Shown piece after piece: positions 46,893-57,253 of a stretch of 64,000 nt of DNA. The DNA comes from an uncultured delta proteobacterium (lineage in GTDB: Bacteria > Myxococcota_A > Polyangia > Palsa-1104): NCBI GenBank assembly GCA_963785725.1, contig CAWAWS010000002.1:1-64000 (forward strand). Reading direction: 5' to 3'. The notes beneath the pieces were generated by a model that saw only the letters and a program-made list of their open reading frames with translations, did no database searches and was not told the DNA's origin. The stretch's first letter is position 1. Each line of letters opens with the position of its first letter. The position numbers and the translations under genes are program-made.

Positions 46893-47081
46893 ATGAAGAT
46901 CAGGTTGAGCCTTCTGTTTGCCGTCGTGCTCGCCGTCGGATGCGGCACGGCAGCGCCCATCAAGACGGCGCGTCTCGCCACCGATGACCAGTGCTGGTCC
47001 GACGGCACGCAGTGCACGCGCTCGAGCGACTGCTGCAGCATGTGGTGCGTCAATTCCTACTGCGAGCGGAGGGAGCCGTGA
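46893..47081 (+). CDS. Small knottin-like (C-C-CC-C-C) lipoprotein, copy 1
   Basis: Lipobox LAVGC; CWSDGTQCTRSSDCCSMWCVNSYCERREP; paralog at 55789. Confidence 0.85.
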   Translation: MKIRLSLLFAVVLAVGCGTAAPIKTARLATDDQCWSDGTQCTRSSDCCSMWCVNSYCERREP

Positions 47082-47518
47082 AGCGGACCCTGCTCGCGCT
47101 CGTGCTCGCCGGCGGCTGCGCGCACTTTGCCGACAGCGAGCTGCGCCCGCCCGACGCGCGCATCGTCGACGAGTATGCGGCTGTGCGCGCCGGCGCGGCC
47201 GCGAAGCGGTCGGACCCGGCCTACTGCTTCGTCCGCGACGGCAAGGGCGTCAAGGTGACCGCGCAATGGCCGCGCGTCGTCGACGAGGAGGCTTACGTCT
47301 TCGCCGACGACATGATCGCCGACAACGTGGCCACGCGGCTCAGCGGCGACAGCGAGCTCGTCGGCGCCGGCCTGCGCTCGCGCGTCGTCAACCGCGTCGT
47401 CTACTTGAACGGCCGCGCCAGCGACGCCGCCGGCGCGCGCGCGATCTACGACGCCTTGAGCATTCCCGCCGTCAGCGCCGTCTACGCCGAGCTCGAACGG
47501 CCCGCGGCGTCGCACTGA
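47078..47518 (+). CDS. BON-domain lipoprotein
   Basis: GTGA overlap; LAGGC lipobox; DDMIADNV..RL...V.NRVVYLNG...V.AV..EL. Confidence 0.78.
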   Translation: MKRTLLALVLAGGCAHFADSELRPPDARIVDEYAAVRAGAAAKRSDPAYCFVRDGKGVKVTAQWPRVVDEEAYVFADDMIADNVATRLSGDSELVGAGLRSRVVNRVVYLNGRASDAAGARAIYDALSIPAVSAVYAELERPAASH

Positions 47519-47520
47519 AC

Positions 47521-48929
47521 GTGACGGCAACGCACACGCGCATGCACAGCGCGTCTCGGCTGCTCGGCGGTCTCGTCGTCCTCCTCGTCGCCGGCTCGGC
47601 CCGCGCCGACGACACGTCGAGCCCGGTGCGCGCGATGTCGCTGGCCGAGGCGCTCGCGTATGCCGAGGCGCACGCGCCCGACCTGCGCGCCGCACGCGCC
47701 CGCGTCGAAGCCGTGCGCACGCAGCGCGACGTGTCGCAGGCGCGCTGGTACCCGACCGTCACCGGCGCCGTCGAGCTCTTCGCCGGCACCGCCAACAACA
47801 GCACCGGCTCGTACGTGCCAGTCAGCGGCTTCGACAACCCGCGCGTCAGCGCCACCGCCGCGCGCAACGCGTCGGACAACGCGTGGTCGCCGCACGCGAC
47901 GTCGCTCCTCGGCCTCGGCGCGCGCCAAGAGGTCTACGACTTCGGCCGCATCAGCCAGCAGAGTGCCGCCGACGCGCTGCGCACGGACGCCGAGCGCATC
48001 TCGGCGACGGGCGTCAAGCTCGTCGTCGACGAGGCGATCGAAGAGGCCTACTTCGCCGTCTACGCGGCCAAAGCGGTGGTGCAGGCGGCGCAGAGCGCGA
48101 TGGCGCGCGCGCAGGTCCATCGCGATCAAGCCAAAGCCGCGGTCGATGTCGGCATGCGGCGGCCGATCGATCTCACGCGCGCGCAGGCCGTGCTCGATCG
48201 TTACGAGCTGGCCGGCATTCGCGCCCGTGGCAGCGTCACCGTCGCCCAAGCGACGCTCGCGGCGACGGTCGGCGTGCCCGATCGACTGCTCGATATCGCC
48301 GCGACACCGCCCACGCCGTCGGAGCTGCCGTCGCTGCAAGCGGCGATTGAGGCCGCCGATCGCAACCCCGAGCTGCGCAGCGTGGTCACGCTCATGCGGG
48401 CGCAAGAGAAGCAAACGCAGGCCATCGCGCGCCGAGCTGCGGCCGAATCTCTTCGCGTCGGGCGCCATCTCCGGCAACGCCGGCGGGGCCACGCCGTCGA
48501 GCGGCGAGCGCGCCGAGTACGACGGCTTCTTGCCGGTCGTGCCCAACTGGGACGTCGGGCTCGTGCTGTCGTGGCCGCATCTTCGATCAGACGGTGCGCG
48601 CGCGCGCCAACCAGTCGCGCGCGCAAGTGGCGCTCTATCGCGAGCAGGCGGCGGCGGTGCAGCGTCGCTTGGCGGGCGCGATTCAGGTCGCGTACACCGA
48701 GGTCGTCGTCGCGCGTGATGCGCTGCCCGTCCTGCAACGGACCTTGAGGCGGCGGTCGCCAACTACAACCAGGCCAACGCGCGCTTCGACGCGGGCATGG
48801 GCAACGCCGTCGAGCTGGCCGACGCCGAGGAGCTGCGCACCACGGCCGAGATCGAGCTGGCGCGCGGGCAATTCGAGCTCGCGCGTGCGCGCGCCGTCGC
48901 TCGGTCGATTCATTGCGGAGGGACTGTGA
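47521..48929 (+). CDS. TolC-family outer-membrane efflux protein (several apparent frameshifts)
   Basis: MSLAEALAYA, EEAYFAV, IDLTRAQ, RFDAGMGNAVELADAE, spread over shifting frames after about 48430. Confidence 0.85.
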
Positions 48930-50128
48930 CCGAATCTGTCGCCGGACGACGCGCTCGGAAGCTGCGTATCTCGCTCATCATCGTCGCCTTGGCGGCGACG
49001 GCGCTCGCTCTTGGCGCTGGGCATGATGCTGCGCGCCGAGGCGCACGTGAACAAGGTCGCGCTCGCCGACGCGCCGCGCCCGGTGTCGGTCGTGACGGCG
49101 CGCGCCGAGACCTACCGCAAGCCGCGCCATTACGTCGGCACGCTTCGCCCGTGGGTCGAGGCCAACGTCGGCCCGCAGTTCGTCTCGGCCTACGTCGACA
49201 CCGTGCTCGTGCGCCCGGGCGCGCACGTCAAGCGCGGCGAGGTGCTCGCGACGCTCGACTGCCGCAACGCGAGCACGGCGAGCGCGCGCCGTCGCGATCG
49301 CAGGCGCGCGCCATCGAGGCGCGGCAGAAGGCGATCGCCGACGAGTCGCAGCGGCAGTCGAAGCTGCTCGACGGCGGCTTCGCGTCGGCCAACGAGGTCG
49401 AGCAGGCGCTGGCGCAGAGCGGCGGCCGAGGCGGCGCAGCTCGAGGCGCAGAAGGCGCACGCTCGCCCGCTCGACGCTCGAGGTCGAGCGACTGCGTCCT
49501 GCGCGCGCCCTTCGACGGCGAGGTCGGCGACCGCTTCGTCGACCCGGGCGCGTTCGTGCGTCCGGGCACGGCTATCGTCTCGGTCGTCGATCGCAGCACG
49601 GTGCGCTTCGTCGCCGACGTGCCCGAGGTCGGACTTCGACGTCGTCGCGCCGAAGACGCGCCGTGCACATCCACGTCGACGCGACCGGCCAGCAGCTCGA
49701 CGGCAGCATCGCGCGCCGCGCGCCGCACGCCGACGCCGACGCGCGCACCGTTCACTTCGAGGTCGACCTCCCCAACCCCGGTCGCGACGATTCCCGTCGA
49801 CACCACGGGCGAGGTCACGATCGGCTTCGGGGCGCCGATCGCCGTCACCGCGATCCCGCTCTACGCCGCGACGGTCGCGCAACGGCAAAGCCACCGTCTT
49901 CAGCGTCGACGGGCGACATCGCGCACGCGACCAGCGTTCGTCGTGCTCGGCGAAGCCGGCGGCACGCTCTTCCTCGAGCCGACGCTCGCGCCGGGAACGC
50001 GCGTCGTCACCGAAGGGCGCGCGCTCTTGAACGACGGCGACGCGTCGCCGCCGGCATCGACCAACTCGCCGAGCAGCAGCTCGGGCAATCGACGGCCGCG
50101 CCCGCGCCACAGCGGTGGCGCGCGATGA
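48926..50128 (+). CDS. RND periplasmic adaptor (MFP; several apparent frameshifts)
   Basis: VLVRPGAHVKRGEVLA, VLRAPFDGEV, VDPGAFVRPG, RTVHFEVD, VVTEG. Confidence 0.85.
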   Translation: MTESVAGRRARKLRISLIIVALAATALALGAGHDAARRGAREQGRARRRAAPGVGRDGARRDLPQAAPLRRHASPVGRGQRRPAVRLGLRRHRARAPGRARQARRGARDARLPQREHGERAPSRSQARAIEARQKAIADESQRQSKLLDGGFASANEVEQALAQSGGRGGAARGAEGARSPARRSRSSDCVLRAPFDGEVGDRFVDPGAFVRPGTAIVSVVDRSTVRFVADVPEVGLRRRRAEDAPCTSTSTRPASSSTAASRAARRTPTPTRAPFTSRSTSPTPVATIPVDTTGEVTIGFGAPIAVTAIPLYAATVAQRQSHRLQRRRATSRTRPAFVVLGEAGGTLFLEPTLAPGTRVVTEGRALLNDGDASPPASTNSPSSSSGNRRPRPRHSGGAR

Positions 50129-53100
50129 CCTGGCTGTCGCTGCGCAACCCGATCGCGATCCTGATGCTGTGCGTCGGGCGTCATCGTCTTCGCGTGCGTC
50201 GTCACGCCGCGCATGAGCGTCGACACGTTCCCCGAGCTGACGCCGCCGGTGCTCATCGTCGGTGAGGTCGCGCCCGGGCTCGCGGCCAAGGACGTCGAGA
50301 AGGCCGTCGCCTGGCGCATCGAGCGCTACGTCGCGGCCACGCCCGGCGTCGACCACGTCGAGAGCCTGTCGCGCAACAACTTCGCGCTCATCTACGTGTG
50401 GCTCAAGTGGGGCACGGACCTCAGCGCCGCGCAGACGCTCGTGCAGTCGGAGGCGGCGTTCGCGATGGCCGGCGCGCCCAAGTCGCTCGGGCTCTTGCCG
50501 CCGTTCGTCCTGCAGTACGACCCGTCGAACGCGCCCGTCTGCCAGATCGTCATCACCGGCGCGGGCTACAGCGGCTCGCAGCTCTACGACTACGCGCAGA
50601 ACTACATCGAGCCGCAGATCGAGGGCATCGACGGCGTCGGCAGCGCGCCCGTCGACGGCGGGCGCCCGCGGCAGATCAACGTCGTCGTCGACCCGGTCAA
50701 GGCGCAGGCGCGGCACGTCACGGCCGAGGACGTCGCCGCCGCGGTCGGCCAGCGCCAACGCGCTCCTGCCCTCGGGCGAGTTCATCGCGCCGAAGCTTCG
50801 ACGCCAACGTCTACACCAACGGCGTCCCCAAGGACGTCGCGACCATCGGCGAAGGCACGGTCAAGGTGGTCGACGGCAAGCCGGTCCTGCATCAAGGACG
50901 TCGCGCGGCGTCGAAGACGGCGGCATGCCGCAGACGCAGGTCGTCTCCGTCAACGGCCGGGACGCCGTCTACCTCAACGTCCTGCGCATTCCCGGCGGCA
51001 ACACGATCGCAGATCGTCGACGCCGTCAAGGACAAGGTCGCGCACCTGACAGCCTGCCGCCGGGCATGCACGCGGCAGGTCTACTTCGATCAGTCGACGT
51101 TCGTGCGCACCACGTACGACGGGCTGAAGCGCGAGATCGTCCAGGCGCTCGTCCTCATCGCCATCGTCATCCTGATCTTCCTGCAGAGCCTGCGCGGCAC
51201 CCTCATCGTCTCCGTCGCCATCCCGCTGTCGTTCGCGATCACGCTCATCGTCCTCTACGCCAGCGGGCCAGACGCTCAACGCGTTCACGCTCGGCGGGCT
51301 GACCTGGCGATGGGCCGGCTCGTCGACGACGCGGTCGTCGTCCTCGAGTCGATCCACCGCCACCGGCAGCGCGGGCATGGACGCCGCGACGGCCGCGCTC
51401 GAAGGCGCGAACGCCGTGGCGCTGCCAGTGCTCGCGTCGACGCTGACGACGATGGCCGTGCTCTTGCCCGTGCTGCTGCTCGCCGGCCTGGCAAAGCGGC
51501 TCTTCGCGCCGCTCGCGCTGACCGTCGCCGTGGCGATGATCGCGTCCTACTTCGTCAGCCTCGCGGTCACGCCGGTCGCCTGCCGCTACTTCCTGGGCCA
51601 CGGCCGAGCCGGGCGGCCTGGCGCGCACGTTCGAGCGGCTCATCGACCGACTCGCCGACGGCTACGCGAGCGCGCTCGGCCGCGTGTTGCACGCGCGGCC
51701 GGCCATCGTTCTCGCGTCGCTGGCGCTCGTCGTCGTGCAGCGTGTGGGCGGCGGCGCGCCTGCCGAGCACGTTCTTCCCCGAGATCGACGAGTCGATGGA
51801 GATGCTCTACGTCCGCTTCGCGCCCGGCATCTCCGTCGTCAGACGCGGCCGAGCGAGCTGTCGGCGATGGGCGCGACGCTTGAAGCGCGAGCTGCCGCCG
51901 GGGACGATTCGCGATGATCGTCACCAACATCGGCATGCCCGCAGGAGCAGCGCAGCCTCCTCGCGAGCCCGAACGTCGCGCCCAACACCGGCTTTCTGCG
52001 GCTCGCCTTCGCGCCGCCCGAAGATCGCACGCTGTCGCAAGGCGAGATCGTCGTCAAAGCGCGCGAGATCCTCACCCGCGAGTTCCCCGGCGTCGAGGTG
52101 CTGCAGTATCCGGGCGGCCTCGTCGCCAGCGTGTTCGCCAACGGCTACACCGCGCCGCTCGTCGTCGAGCTGCAGAACGAGGACCTCGGCGCAGCTCGAC
52201 GCCGAGGCGCGCGCCGTCGCCGCCGTCGCGCGCAACACGTGCCCGGCGTGCGCGACGTCAAAGAGTCGATGCAGATGGACTACCCCGAAGTGCGCGTCGA
52301 GACCGATCGCGAGCGCTCGGGCTTCGTCGGCAGCTCACTGCGCGACGCGGCGCAGGCGACGCTCGAAGCGACCACCGGCAACATCAACACGCCCGGCGTC
52401 TGGGTCGACGCCAACAACGGCCGCGCCTACTACGTCGTCACTTACTACGACGGCAAAGTGGTCACCGACACGCAGTCGCTCGGCGCGCTGCCGGTGCACT
52501 ACAGCAAGGACAAGCGGCCGGTGCTGCTCGGCGCCTACGGCAACGTGCATCGCACCGTCGGCGCTGTCGCCGTCGAGCGCAGCCGCATGCAGCGCGTCGC
52601 GCACGTGCTCATGCAGACCGAGGGGCGCGACCTCGGCTCGGCCGCCGGCGAGCTCGACCGCCGCCTCGCCGCCGACCCGCGCACGCGCCACATTCGCTAT
52701 CGCTTCGTCGGCCAGGTCGACCTCATGCGCACGACCTTCTCGGGCCTCGGCGCTCGCGCTTGGCGCTGGCGGTGATGGTCGTGTTCATGATCATGGCCTC
52801 GCAGTTCAAGTCGCTGCGCTTGCCGTTCGTCATGCTGTTCACGATTCCGGTGGCGCTCTTCGGGATCGTCTTGGCGCTGCTCGCCGCCGGTCAGGGCTTC
52901 TCGATCACCGCGCTCATGGGCGTGCTGATGGTCATCGGCATCGCGGTGTCGAACGGCATCCTGCTCGTCGACGACGCCAATCGCCGCCTCGTCGAAGGCG
53001 CGCCGGCGGAAGTGGCCATCGTCGAAGCGGCGCGCTCGCGCTTCGTGCCCATCCTCATGACGACGCTGGCGACCATCATCGGCCTCATTCCGACGGCGAT

Positions 53101-53263
53101 GGCGCTCGAGCACGGCTCGGAGGCCAATCAGCCGCTGGCGCTGGCCGTCGTCGGTGGCCTCACGTCGTCGACGGTCATCTCGCTGTTCCTCGTGCCGGTG
53201 ATGTTCCTCTTCTTTGCCAAGCGCGGCGGGCAGCCGATTCCGGGCGAGACGCACCACGTCTAA
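50125..53263 (+). CDS. AcrB/AcrD/AcrF-family RND permease (many apparent frameshifts)
   Basis: LRNPIA, VDTFPEL, AIPLS, GRLVDDAVVVLE, F.PLALTV, GIAVSNGILLVD, R.VPILMT, PLA.AVVGGL across frames. Confidence 0.9.
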
Positions 53264-53270
53264 CGAGCCG

Positions 53271-54986
53271 CTAGAAGTTGATCTGCAAGCGGAACAGCAG
53301 CTCGTGCTCGTAACGGTGGAAGAAGAGGTTCTTCTCGATCAGCGCCGACGTCGCGTGTGAATCGCCGCCGCCGACGTAGTTGAACCCGTAGTTGGCCATG
53401 AGGCGCGCGTTGCGCGTGACCCAAAAGTTGGCGCCGGCCAAGAGCGTGTCGAGCTGATAGTGCCCTTGCGCCGGGTCGAACGCGGCGTGCGTCGTCGCCG
53501 TGGGCGGCAGGTCGATGATGCCGAGCTCGTTGTGCTCGTAGCGCAGCGCGAGCTGCACGGCCCAGCGCGGCAGCGGCGGCGGCGAGTAGCCCTTCCAGTG
53601 CGGCACCGTGTACAAGCCGGGATGGTCGACCTCGAGCGGCCCGCCGATCCACGCGTAGACCTCGGCGTAGCCACCGTAGCCGTCGAGAAAGCCGCGCGGC
53701 CCGGCGGTGCGCGCCGTCGTCGTGTCGTCGTAGCGGCGCACCTGCTGCGACTCGTGCAGGAATTCGCCGCGCAGACCGAAGCGCTCCGTCAGCGGCACGT
53801 TGAGCTCGATGGCGTACTTCAGCGTCGTGCCGTCGGGCGCCAGGTGCGAGCGGACGGCGTTCTTGCTGGCGTCGGTGCCGTTGCCGTAGTTGCTGCTGAA
53901 GATCGAAAAGCCGCTCTCGGTCGATAGGCCGCCGACGTCGCCGGCGGTGGCGCCCGTCGTCGATGGCGCGCTCGATCCGCCGACGTTGTCCGAGCGCTGC
54001 CACCAGAACGACGCGCCGATCCAAATCTCCTCCATCCAGCGCGCGTGATTCGGCACGAGCGAAATCGGCGCGACGAAGCCGCGACCCAACACCGCCGGCT
54101 GGTTATCGAGGTTCTTGAAGCCCTGCCCTTCGCCGTTAAAGATGCCGACGTAGTAATGGCCGAGATGACGCGGCAAAACGCCGTGCACCATCGCGCCCGT
54201 GTCGCGCGTCTGCGGCACGGCGAAGCGAATCGGCGACGCCTTCTCCAAGAAGTCGGTGTAGTTCTCGGTCGTCATGTTCTCGAGCGAAAACGGCGGATAG
54301 AACTGCCCGACTTGCAGCTGCAGCCACGGCACGATGTTGATGTCGGCCTCCGCAATGGCCGCCGTGCTGTATTGGCCGCTCGACGGCACCGTCGCCAGCT
54401 CGGCCTCGATGCGGAAGTCGATGACCTTGACGAACGTGCCGGCCATGCCGAGTCGCGCGCGGCGAATGAAGACGGTGTCGCGCAAGGTAGCCCGCGGATC
54501 GGCGGCGCTGTTGGGCACGACGCCGGCGGGCGGCGCCGGTCGATTGAGGAAGTTGTACCAATCGATGTTGATGCGCCCCTTCGGGATGAGCACGAACCAG
54601 CTATGGCGATCGCGCAGGAAGAAGCTCTTCTCCGAGTAGCCGGCCAGCGGCGCCAGCAGCTCGGGATCGTCGCCGCGCGTCGACAAGGCGGGCACCGCCA
54701 GCGTCGTGCGCGAGCCGAGCGACGGCGGCGGCGCGTCGGCGGCAGGTAGACCGGACGCCCGTTGCAGTCGCTGAATCTCGACGCGCTGCTGCTGCACGAC
54801 CTCTTCGAGCTGCTGCTGCCGCCGTAACACCTCCGCGAGCGTGTCGGTGTCGGCGGCCTGGACGTCCGTCGCCGTGACCGCGGCATCGGGCGCGCCTCCG
54901 TCAGGCGTGACGACGTCCGAATCCGCCGACGCCGCACGCCCAATACCGAGCAGCAGCAGCACGAGCAACACGCTTCGCAACGACAT
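53271..54986 (-). CDS. OprO/OprP-like (phosphate-selective-type) porin
   Basis: Signal peptide, coiled coil, IRRARLG, GQF.PPFSLE, RDTG.M, G.FNG.G, terminal RLQINF. Confidence 0.82.
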   Translation of the reverse strand: MSLRSVLLVLLLLGIGRAASADSDVVTPDGGAPDAAVTATDVQAADTDTLAEVLRRQQQLEEVVQQQRVEIQRLQRASGLPAADAPPPSLGSRTTLAVPALSTRGDDPELLAPLAGYSEKSFFLRDRHSWFVLIPKGRINIDWYNFLNRPAPPAGVVPNSAADPRATLRDTVFIRRARLGMAGTFVKVIDFRIEAELATVPSSGQYSTAAIAEADINIVPWLQLQVGQFYPPFSLENMTTENYTDFLEKASPIRFAVPQTRDTGAMVHGVLPRHLGHYYVGIFNGEGQGFKNLDNQPAVLGRGFVAPISLVPNHARWMEEIWIGASFWWQRSDNVGGSSAPSTTGATAGDVGGLSTESGFSIFSSNYGNGTDASKNAVRSHLAPDGTTLKYAIELNVPLTERFGLRGEFLHESQQVRRYDDTTTARTAGPRGFLDGYGGYAEVYAWIGGPLEVDHPGLYTVPHWKGYSPPPLPRWAVQLALRYEHNELGIIDLPPTATTHAAFDPAQGHYQLDTLLAGANFWVTRNARLMANYGFNYVGGGDSHATSALIEKNLFFHRYEHELLFRLQINF

Positions 54987-55024
54987 TCGCGATCTCCAGG
55001 CGCACATGACGCCGGATCGCGTTG

Positions 55025-55058
55025 TCCGTTATAACGGATAAAATGTCAATATAACGGA
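55025..55058. promoter_or_regulatory. Palindromic operator TCCGTTATAACGGA plus adjacent half-site upstream of the porin
   Basis: Perfect 14-bp palindrome at 55025-55038; TATAACGGA again at 55050-55058; TTGACA on the minus strand at 55044-55049. Confidence 0.7.
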
Positions 55059-55675
55059 TGCGCGTGCTGGTGCGAATGCGGCAGGAACTGCGCGACCAGA
55101 TACAGGCGCGCTTCGACGGAGGCGCGATTGATGAAGGCGTGCGGCGAGTCGGAGAGGAAATGGATGGCATCGCCGAGCTCGAGCTGCTGGAGCTGCGAGT
55201 CCCACTCGATGTCGAGCGCGCCCCCAGCGACCACGAGGTTGACGAGCGTGCCGGGCGGATGCGCCTCCGACCGCACGATCGCGCCGGGCTGCAGCGTCAG
55301 CTCGTAGGTCTGCACCGCGGTCGTCCGCTCTTGCGGACGCAACGGCCGCGACGCGATTAAGGAGTCGCGCGACCGCACCCAGCGCGCCGTCTCTTTGCGC
55401 ATGATGACCGTCGGTGAGCGCGGCTCCGCGAGCAGCGCGCTGGTGGTCGTGCCGAGCGCGCGGGCGATCGCCGGCACGATGTCGAGGGACGGCCACTGCA
55501 GCCCGAGCGAGAAACGGCGCAAGGTCTTCACGTCGACGCCCGAACGCTCGGCCAGCGACTCCAAGGTCAGCTTGCGCTCGCGTCGCAGCCGCTCGAAGTT
55601 TTCACGCCAGCGTTCGCACAGCTCCTCGTCGCTCTCGCGCAGAGGTCGCATGGCCGTGGGCGATGGCGTGGACAC
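55046..55675 (-). CDS. XRE HTH + cupin transcriptional regulator
   Basis: LRRERKLTLESLAERSGV...PSL..IARALG; cupin EAHPPGT...L.LGDAIHF.SDSPHAF.N. Confidence 0.9.
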   Translation of the reverse strand: MSTPSPTAMRPLRESDEELCERWRENFERLRRERKLTLESLAERSGVDVKTLRRFSLGLQWPSLDIVPAIARALGTTTSALLAEPRSPTVIMRKETARWVRSRDSLIASRPLRPQERTTAVQTYELTLQPGAIVRSEAHPPGTLVNLVVAGGALDIEWDSQLQQLELGDAIHFLSDSPHAFINRASVEARLYLVAQFLPHSHQHAHPLY

Positions 55676-55712
55676 CTCGTCCAGAGCTACCGGAAGCGGC
55701 CGACTCAGTCCC

Positions 55713-55728
55713 TAAGGCATCCACCTTA
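55713..55728. promoter_or_regulatory. TAAGG-N6-CCTTA box 2
   Basis: TAAGGcatccaCCTTA upstream of the XRE-cupin gene. Confidence 0.75.
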
Positions 55729-55763
55729 GACGCGGCGATAGCACTCGGCGACGCCCGACGTTA

Positions 55764-55777
55764 TCCGTCATAGCGGA
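55764..55777. promoter_or_regulatory. Second copy of the TCCGT-N4-(A/G)CGGA operator
   Basis: TCCGTCATAGCGGA, 12/14 identical to 55025-55038, upstream of the XRE-cupin gene. Confidence 0.6.
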
Positions 55778-55788
55778 CGCAGGTGCGC

Positions 55789-55977
55789 TTACGGCTCGCG
55801 GCGCTCGCAGTAGCCGTTGACGCACCACTGGCTGCAGCAGTCGCGGCTGTGCTGACAGACGGTGCCCGAGTCGATGCACATCTCTTCAGGCTTGACCAAG
55901 GAGAACATGCGCTCGCGCTCGGCGCCGCAACCCGCCAACAGCGCCGACGCCAAAACCAGAGACGCGAAAAGCTTCAT
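55789..55977 (-). CDS. Small knottin-like lipoprotein, copy 2
   Basis: Lipobox LLAGC; CIDSGTVCQHSRDCCSQWCVNGYCERREP; same length (62 aa) as copy 1. Confidence 0.85.
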   Translation of the reverse strand: MKLFASLVLASALLAGCGAERERMFSLVKPEEMCIDSGTVCQHSRDCCSQWCVNGYCERREP

Positions 55978-56012
55978 AAGGCGAGCATGAAGTCGTCGAC
56001 GCGCTGACCCCA

Positions 56013-56066
56013 TAAGGCCGTGACCTTAGGCGGTAACGATTTCGTCTAGCTAAGGTCACTGCCTTA
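56013..56066. promoter_or_regulatory. TAAGG-N6-CCTTA boxes 3 and 4 in a divergent promoter region
   Basis: TAAGGccgtgaCCTTA (56013-56028) and TAAGGtcactgCCTTA (56051-56066). Confidence 0.8.
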
Positions 56067-56141
56067 TAGGGCGCGCACACGCGAGCCATCAGACTTCGGG
56101 CATCACGCAGCGGCTGCCTTGCCGGCGGCGGCGCGACCCCG

Positions 56142-56999
56142 ATGAGAATGCTGACAGCGACATTGCTAAAGTTGCCGATGGCGATGCTGCTGACGTGCTC
56201 GACGTCGGCGTGGGCGGCGCCGGTGCGGGCGCTCGCTGCCGATACGGGACCGCCGCTCGTCGCGACCAAGTGGGCGGCGGTCGGGTTCGCGGTGCTGGCG
56301 GTGCTGCTGGCGACCCTGCTTTACGCGTTGCCGACACGCGCGGCGGCCGCCACCAAGCGTCAGCTCGAGCTGGCGCTCGGCGAGCGCGCGCTCACGCTGC
56401 AAGAGGAAGATCGCCGTCGCATCGCGCGCGAGCTGCACGACGGCGCGGGTCAGGCGCTGACGGCGGCGCGATTGCAGCTCATGGCGCTGCGCGAAGGCGT
56501 GACCGCGGCGCCGCGCGAAACTATCGGCGCCATCGTCGGCTATGTCGACGAGGCCATCGACGAGGTGCGGCGATCGACGACGGCACTGACGCCGCCGGCC
56601 TTGGCCGAGCTCGGGCTCGTGGGCGCGATCGTGCGGCACTGCGACACGTTCACGGCCAGCGCTCGACTGAAAGTAAACCGCGAGCTGCCGACCGAGCTGC
56701 CGTCGCTGCCGTCGTACGTCGAGACGACCATCTACCGCAGCGTGCAAGAGGCGCTGCACAACGCCGCGCGCCACGGCGGCGCCACGCAAGCGTGGGTGCG
56801 CCTCGCCGTCGACGGCGGACAGCTACGGCTCGAAGTCGGCGACGATGGCGCCGGCATCGCCGACCAGGCGCAGCGCGGCTTCGGCCTCGGCTCTATGCGC
56901 GAGCGCGCCCAAATCGCCGGCGGCGCGCTCACGGTCGTCGACGACGCCGGGCCGGGCGCGCGCATTCGCATCACAGTGCCGTTCGAAGTAGTCGCCTGA
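56142..56999 (+). CDS. HisKA_3 sensor histidine kinase, copy 2 (no adjacent regulator)
   Basis: Close paralog of 44353..45207; ERALTLQEEDRRRIARELHDGAGQALTAARLQL is identical. Confidence 0.93.
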   Translation: MRMLTATLLKLPMAMLLTCSTSAWAAPVRALAADTGPPLVATKWAAVGFAVLAVLLATLLYALPTRAAAATKRQLELALGERALTLQEEDRRRIARELHDGAGQALTAARLQLMALREGVTAAPRETIGAIVGYVDEAIDEVRRSTTALTPPALAELGLVGAIVRHCDTFTASARLKVNRELPTELPSLPSYVETTIYRSVQEALHNAARHGGATQAWVRLAVDGGQLRLEVGDDGAGIADQAQRGFGLGSMRERAQIAGGALTVVDDAGPGARIRITVPFEVVA

Positions 57000-57253
57000 T
57001 TCGTGCTTCCCTCGCGCACAAGACGAAGGGCAGTCGACCTCGCCGCGTCGTCGGCCCGTCATCCTTCGCCGGCGGAGCGTCTAGGGTGCCTATCTTATCG
57101 AGCTGACGATCGTTCGCCTCTAGCCTGATCCGGCGATGACTCGGCAGCGGCGACAGCGCGACCACTCTGCGGCGAATGCTGTGGCGAACCCGGTCGACTG
57201 CTACAATGCCGTGCGTGAGCAGCCGATCCAACGAACGGCTCGCCGGCCGTGCG

